DNA of 64,000 nt from Salpingoeca rosetta (lineage: Eukaryota > Protista > Choanoflagellata). The number at the start of each line of letters is the position of its first letter. Position 1 is the stretch's first letter. The notes beneath the pieces were generated by a model. The model made no database searches. It saw nothing but the letters and a program-made list of their open reading frames with translations, and was not told where the DNA came from. This document shows positions 58,319 to 64,000 of this stretch, piece by piece. The translations under genes and the position numbers were made by a program. The stretch is taken from assembly GCA_033442325.1 (NCBI GenBank), contig JAWQFM010000031.1, positions 655,497-719,496 on the forward strand, given 5' to 3'.

Positions 58319-58714
58319 TGTCGCTGTTGCTGTGTGATGATGATGATGTTACACAAAACCGTCGATGTCGTCTGCACAGTATGTTATGACGAAACAAATG
58401 CATCAGCATGGTGCTTGGTGAGGCTTGGGACACAAGCACAAGACGCAACAGCTGAACCAAAACGACATGAACACCCAGCTAACACTACCCCAGCAATCCC
58501 ACGACGTCGTGGTTCCTGTAGCACAGCAGAACCATCCGCATCATTCAACCAGCACCATCTCAAGCGACACCACATCCAACACAGCACCACCACCTCGCAC
58601 CTTGGACGCGCTGATGTTGGATCGTCGCCACCAGAAGGAAGGAAGAAAATTCTTTTTTTATTTATTGTTGCGATGATTACGACATCACAAAGTGTAGTTT
58701 GATGACACTCGGAT

Positions 58715-59473
58715 ATGATGGATGAGCAGCAGCCGTCGCAGCAGCCGTCGCAGCAGCAGCAGCCACCAGCAGAGGTGTGCGTGACGGACCTGCCTGGTGA
58801 GTTGCTTTCGTCGATCCTGTGGCTGGCTGGGAACGTGTATGTGATCGACAGCGTGTATGCGAAAGTGTGCCGGGCCTTTTACCATGCAGCACGCACCCGC
58901 CCGCTGCGCAGTCTCGTCCGCAAGCGACTTGCCCTCGACTTTGTTCAGGTGTGCGCGTGTGATGTGCGATGTGATATGCGTGCGTGATGTGATGTGTGTG
59001 CTGTGATCTTGAGCGGTGACGGTGGCGCTGTGACGTGCACGTGATGTGATGTGGTGCACGTTGCGACTTGGCGCGCAAGGCTGAGCACCACCCAACATCC
59101 CACACCCACACACACACGCACACACACACGCAGATCCAGGACGAGTTTGACATTGTCATCTCGCCGGAAGGGTTTGGACGCTTATTGCAGCGCATGCCGT
59201 TCATTGAACACATTCGATTCACGTCAGAGCTGCCAGAGGACATTGAAACGTACCTGTACACCTTAGAGCGCTTTGTGCGTGAGCAGCCGCCTTCCTGTGA
59301 GTATTTGGGAGGTTGAGAGGGCGTGAGCGAGGGTTCTTGGGTGAGACCACGCACCTTGTACGGGTTGTGTCTGCGTCTCTGGGCGTGGGTTGTGGGTATG
59401 TTTTGTGGCTATGGTTTGTGATTGGGGATGCACGCTTGTGTTACTGTGCTTCACACACACACACTTACGCTCA

Positions 59474-59550
<77 letters not shown>

Positions 59551-60451
59551 ACACACACAGCTTGGAGAGCACGTCTGTAGCCGGTGAGTTCTCGTCATCC
59601 GACGTCGCGCATCTCTTCGCGTCGCTGCAGATGGCAGACTTCAGCTACATGCGCTTTGAATCCGTGGTGAGTTCGCGTGTGTGTGTATGTGTGTGTGTAT
59701 GTATGTGTGCGTGTGCGTGCGTGTGCGTGTGTTCTGTGGTGGAGCTTGTTCATTGAACGTGCCGCACTGCCGTCAACCTTGCACACACACACTCACACAC
59801 ATACACACATACGCCTCTTCTTCAGCGTCTTGCTGAGTTTGCGGCTGCGGCGACGCAGCTGCGGTATCTTGACTTGGACGAGAACATGGTGGATGAGGCC
59901 ACGGCCATTGCCTTCGCATCCGGCTGCCCAAACCTCACATTCGTCTCCCTGGTCAGAGCATGCGATGTTGCAAAACAAGGAATGTGTGTGTATGTGCGTG
60001 TGTGTATGTGCGTGTGCACGTGCACCGTAGCTTTTATATGATGCTTGACACATAACTTCACCACAAACACAATCCTCCACGTTCCCCCCACATGCCACAC
60101 AATAACCAAACACCGCCCACCCCCCTCTTTTGCTTGTTGGACAGGATGGGCAGGGTCAGGGCGACGCGCTGGTGGCGGCCCTGGCCAACAACTGCCCGCA
60201 CGTGCGCTATCTTTGCATCCGGTTCTGTGATGAAATGACGGACAACGCATTCAAGTCCCTGCAGCAGTTGCGCAATTTGGAGTGGCTGTGCATGAAGAAG
60301 GCGTTTGATGTGTCACCGCAAGCCGTCATGGACTTTTTTTCCAGCGGCGCCGCGCAGCACTTGACACGCATTGATCTCACCGAATGCAACAACCTCTCAA
60401 ATGAAGGTGGGAAAGACTGTGTGTGTGTGTGCGTTTGCGCGTGCGCGTGCG

Positions 60452-60527
<76 letters not shown>

Positions 60528-61351
60528 CGCGTGTGTGTGTGTGCGTGCGTTTGCGCGCGCGCTCACGCGCGTGTGTGCGNNNNNNNNNNNNNNNNNNNNN
60601 NNNNNNNNNNNNNNNNNNNNNNNNNNNNNNNNNNNNNNNNNNNNNNNNNNNNNNNNNNNNNNNNNNNNNNNNNNNNNNNNNNNNNNNNNNNNNNNNNNNN
60701 NNNNNNNNNNNNNNNNNNNNNNNNNNNNNNNNNNNNNNNNNNNNNNNNNNNNNNNNNNNNNNNNNNNNNNNNNNNNNNNNNNNNNNNNNNNNNNNNNNNN
60801 NNNNNNNNNNNNNNNNNNNNNNNNNNNNNNNNNNNNNNNNNNNNNNNNNNNNNNNNNNNNNNNNNNNNNNNNNNNNNNNNNNNNNNNNNNNNNNNNNNNN
60901 NNNNNNNNNNNNNNNNNNNNNNNNNNNNNNNNNNNNNNNNNNNNNNNNNNNNNNNNNNNNNNNNNNNNNNNNNNNNNNNNNNNNNNNNNNNNNNNNNNNN
61001 NNNNNNNNNNNNNNNNNNNNNNNNNNNNNNNNNNNNNNNNNNNNNNNNNNNNNNNNNNNNNNNNNNNNNNNNNNNNNNNNNNNNNNNNNNNNNNNNNNNN
61101 NNNNNNNNNNNNNNNNNNNNNNNNNNNNNNNNNNNNNNNNNNNNNNNNNNNNNNNNNNNNNNNNNNNNNNNNNNNNNNNNGAGTCGTGACGCGTCTCATC
61201 GCGAAGACACCTGCACACTCACGGTGGTGGTGATGTGGAGAGGGGGGTGCTGTGGTGTGGCAGTGGTGGTGGCAGCAAGGAGAGCGAAGGCACAATGTGA
61301 CGGGACAGCTGTCGATGGCACACTCACACACAAAAAAAAAAGGAGAAAAAC

Positions 61352-61440
<89 letters not shown>

Positions 61441-61678
61441 CACGCCTCATGGACGCGAGGCTGATTAGAGTATCTCTCCCATCAGCTCCTCATTTATCAT
61501 GGTGACGCCTGTTTTGTTGCATCACACGTTTCTGCGTTGCGTCAGATGCTGTGCTTGAAGCAGTGCAATCTCATCGATGACAGAATGGTGTACGAATACA
61601 ACAAGGTGCGCACACGGAGACGCAAGACAGCATCAAGCCATGCTGTTTTTGCCACGCTTTCGTACCCACACCAACACG

Positions 61679-61718
<40 letters not shown>

Positions 61719-61752
61719 CACACACACACTCTCGCACACACACACACACACT

Positions 61753-61811
<59 letters not shown>

Positions 61812-62049
61812 ACACACTCATGAAGAACACACACTGACGGACGCACACACAAAAAACACACACACACACACACACACACAGGCGCGGCCAGAGCTGACGA
61901 TTATTGAGTATTTTGGACAGCGGCTGATGTCCGCGAGCGAGGAGCAGATGTTTGAAGACAATCTTGGATACTTCACCATGAGCATTTTCGAAGACTTCCC
62001 AGACATGTTCAGTGACGATGCCCTGCCTTACCTCATGCCCGCTGAATAG
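58715..62049 (+). CDS. F-box/LRR (FBXL-type) protein; part lies in an N gap
   Basis: F-box-like [22 protein letters not shown]. Cys-containing LRRs: [64 protein letters not shown]. Confidence 0.8.
60580..61180. other. Assembly gap (N run); other gaps at about 10708-10807 and 62107-62206
   Basis: Runs of N flanked by CA/GT microsatellites. Confidence 0.98.
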
Positions 62050-62055
62050 GGTCCA

Positions 62056-62106
<51 letters not shown>

Positions 62107-62244
62107 NNNNNNNNNNNNNNNNNNNNNNNNNNNNNNNNNNNNNNNNNNNNNNNNNNNNNNNNNNNNNNNNNNNNNNNNNNNNNNNNNNNNNNNNNNNNNN
62201 NNNNNNCCAGTTGGGCGAACGCGGGCACGTTCATCATCACGCCG

Positions 62245-62959
62245 CTAGCGCTGTTGAAGGGGAGGTGCAGAGTAGCGCACAGACTGTTGCTGCTGCTGGT
62301 GGTTGTGGGTTTGGTGTTGGGATGGGCGTGGTGCATCACGTGTCGATGACGATGATGACGACGATGTCGGTGCGTGTGCGTGTGTGTGTGCGTGTGTGTC
62401 TGTGTTGATGTTGAGAGGGGCGCGTGTCGTGTGCTCGCGACCACCAGCCCGGCCAACAGTCGCAGCACCCTTCCTCCTGTTCCCACCATGGCCATCGCTG
62501 GCCTTGGAGGTGTGCACGGGCCCAGCAGCAGTGACGCGAACACTGGCGCCGAGCGGGTTGCTGCGCAGAGACTTTGTACGCTGCACGCGCATCGACTTGG
62601 ACATGGCCTTGCGACCAGCACCACCAACACCTCCAGCACCACCACGGCCCATCGTTGCGGCCGACGACGTTGCTGTTGTTGACGATGATGCTGTTGAGGA
62701 TGATGACGCCTTGCTGCCGAGTGCGAGGGCGCGTGCGCTCTTTACAGCGCGATTGAGCAGCTCGCACCACCGGTCCGCCTCCTGCAATGTGATGTGGGGT
62801 GGGGTGGGGGAATGGGTGGTGTGAACATGTGTGGGCAATGGTGGTGGTGGTGGTGGTTGTGGTGGTTGCGGTTTGGGTTGGATTGGCACAGCAAGCAAAG
62901 GCGCCCGCAGACAGACGGACAGACAGGCAGGCGGGCAGATAGGTGGAGAAGCAGACATC

Positions 62960-63049
<90 letters not shown>

Positions 63050-63200
63050 CACCTGCTGGTTGTCGCATTGGAAGGTGTGCTGGCGCTTGGGTGTGTCAAC
63101 AACAAACGTCCCGCGTCCGTGTTTGACAATCTGTGTCTGTGCGCAGATGTTGATGTACCCGAGTGCGGGCTCGTTGTAGTACGTCTGCTTCTTGAAGTAC
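62245..63200 (-). CDS. 3' part of a PH-domain protein (upstream exons not identifiable in the window)
   Basis: Exon 63200-63053 YFKKQTYYNEPALGYINI..GTFVVDTPKRQHTFQCDNQQ joins exon from 62781 EADRWCELLNRA (PH C-terminal Trp helix). Confidence 0.7.
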
Positions 63201-63404
63201 CTGATTATGGGGGAGGGGGGTGTTTGTGTGGTGTGGATGTTGAGTGAGGGGCAACATAGGACGGAACAATGTCAGGATGTGGATAACCGAGCAAAATCAG
63301 ACAGCCAGGTAGACAGGTCGACAACAGGTAGACGGACAGGCAGACACACACACACACACACACACACAGACAAAGCAGACACACACACACACACAGACAA
63401 AGCA

Positions 63405-63496
<92 letters not shown>

Positions 63497-63497
<1 letters not shown>

Positions 63498-63738
63498 ATG
63501 CACGCCTCATGGACGCGAGGCTGATTAGAGTATCTCTCCCATCAGCTCCTCATTTATCATGGTGACGCCTGTTTTGTTGCATCACACGTTTCTGCGTTGC
63601 GTCAGATGCTGTGCTTGAAGCAGTGCAATCTCATCGATGACAGAATGCTGTACGAATACAACAAGGTGCGCACACGGAGACGCAAGACAGCATCAAGCCA
63701 TGCTGTTCTTGCCACGCTTTCGTACCCACACCAACACG

Positions 63739-63771
<33 letters not shown>

Positions 63772-63837
63772 GCACACACACACACACACTCATGCACACA
63801 CACACACACACTCACGCAGACACACACACACACACAC

Positions 63838-63884
<47 letters not shown>

Positions 63885-63900
63885 GCACACACACTCGCGG

Positions 63901-63942
<42 letters not shown>

Positions 63943-64000
63943 GGGCGCGCCGAGAGCTGAGTATTATTGAGTTTTTTGAGCAGCGGGTGACGTCCGCGAG
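63497..64000 (+). repeat. Second, degrading copy of 61437-61940 (3' end of the F-box/LRR gene)
   Basis: catgcacgcctcatggacgcgagg...gatgctgtgcttgaagcagtgcaatc... is repeated nearly exactly. Mismatches and indels accumulate after the CA tract. Confidence 0.9.

Overview
Eukaryotic, GC-rich, intron-dense genomic DNA with (GT)n/(CA)n microsatellites in most introns and CAG/CAA/CAC homopeptide tracts in exons. This signature, plus the gene content (SH2 adaptor, ephexin-like RhoGEF, HET-like/TPR family, synaptogyrin-like), points to a choanoflagellate such as Salpingoeca rosetta (inference). Hand-splicing gives about 16 protein-coding genes: a secreted PL8 chondroitin/GAG lyase, a 4-TM protein, an SH2 adaptor, a SIRT4-class sirtuin, a divergent MAP2K, a DEP+DH-PH-SH3 RhoGEF, a type-B carboxylesterase, an ankyrin-repeat protein, Yme2/RNA12, a GCKR/MurQ-like double-SIS protein, a coiled-coil protein, a TIR-like/TM/L-domain(LRR) receptor, a HET/TIR-like-TPR protein, a MARVEL protein, an F-box/LRR protein and the 3' part of a PH-domain gene. 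Three things stand out. (1) An intron-poor block at 48-55.5 kb encodes an 'inverted Toll-like' type II receptor (N-terminal TIR-like domain, Q/P/K linker, TM, C-terminal LRR/L-domain ectodomain with a frameshift) convergent with a HET-like-TPR gene carrying a fresh 126-nt repeat duplication; this is a candidate innate-immunity locus. (2) A host-encoded secreted PL8 lyase belongs to the same family as the bacterial mating inducer EroS. (3) A GCKR homolog retains both MurQ catalytic glutamates. There are three N gaps and a probable mis-assembly at the right end. Most ORF-track entries are microsatellite or antisense artefacts. All family assignments are from motif recognition by eye; no searches were run.
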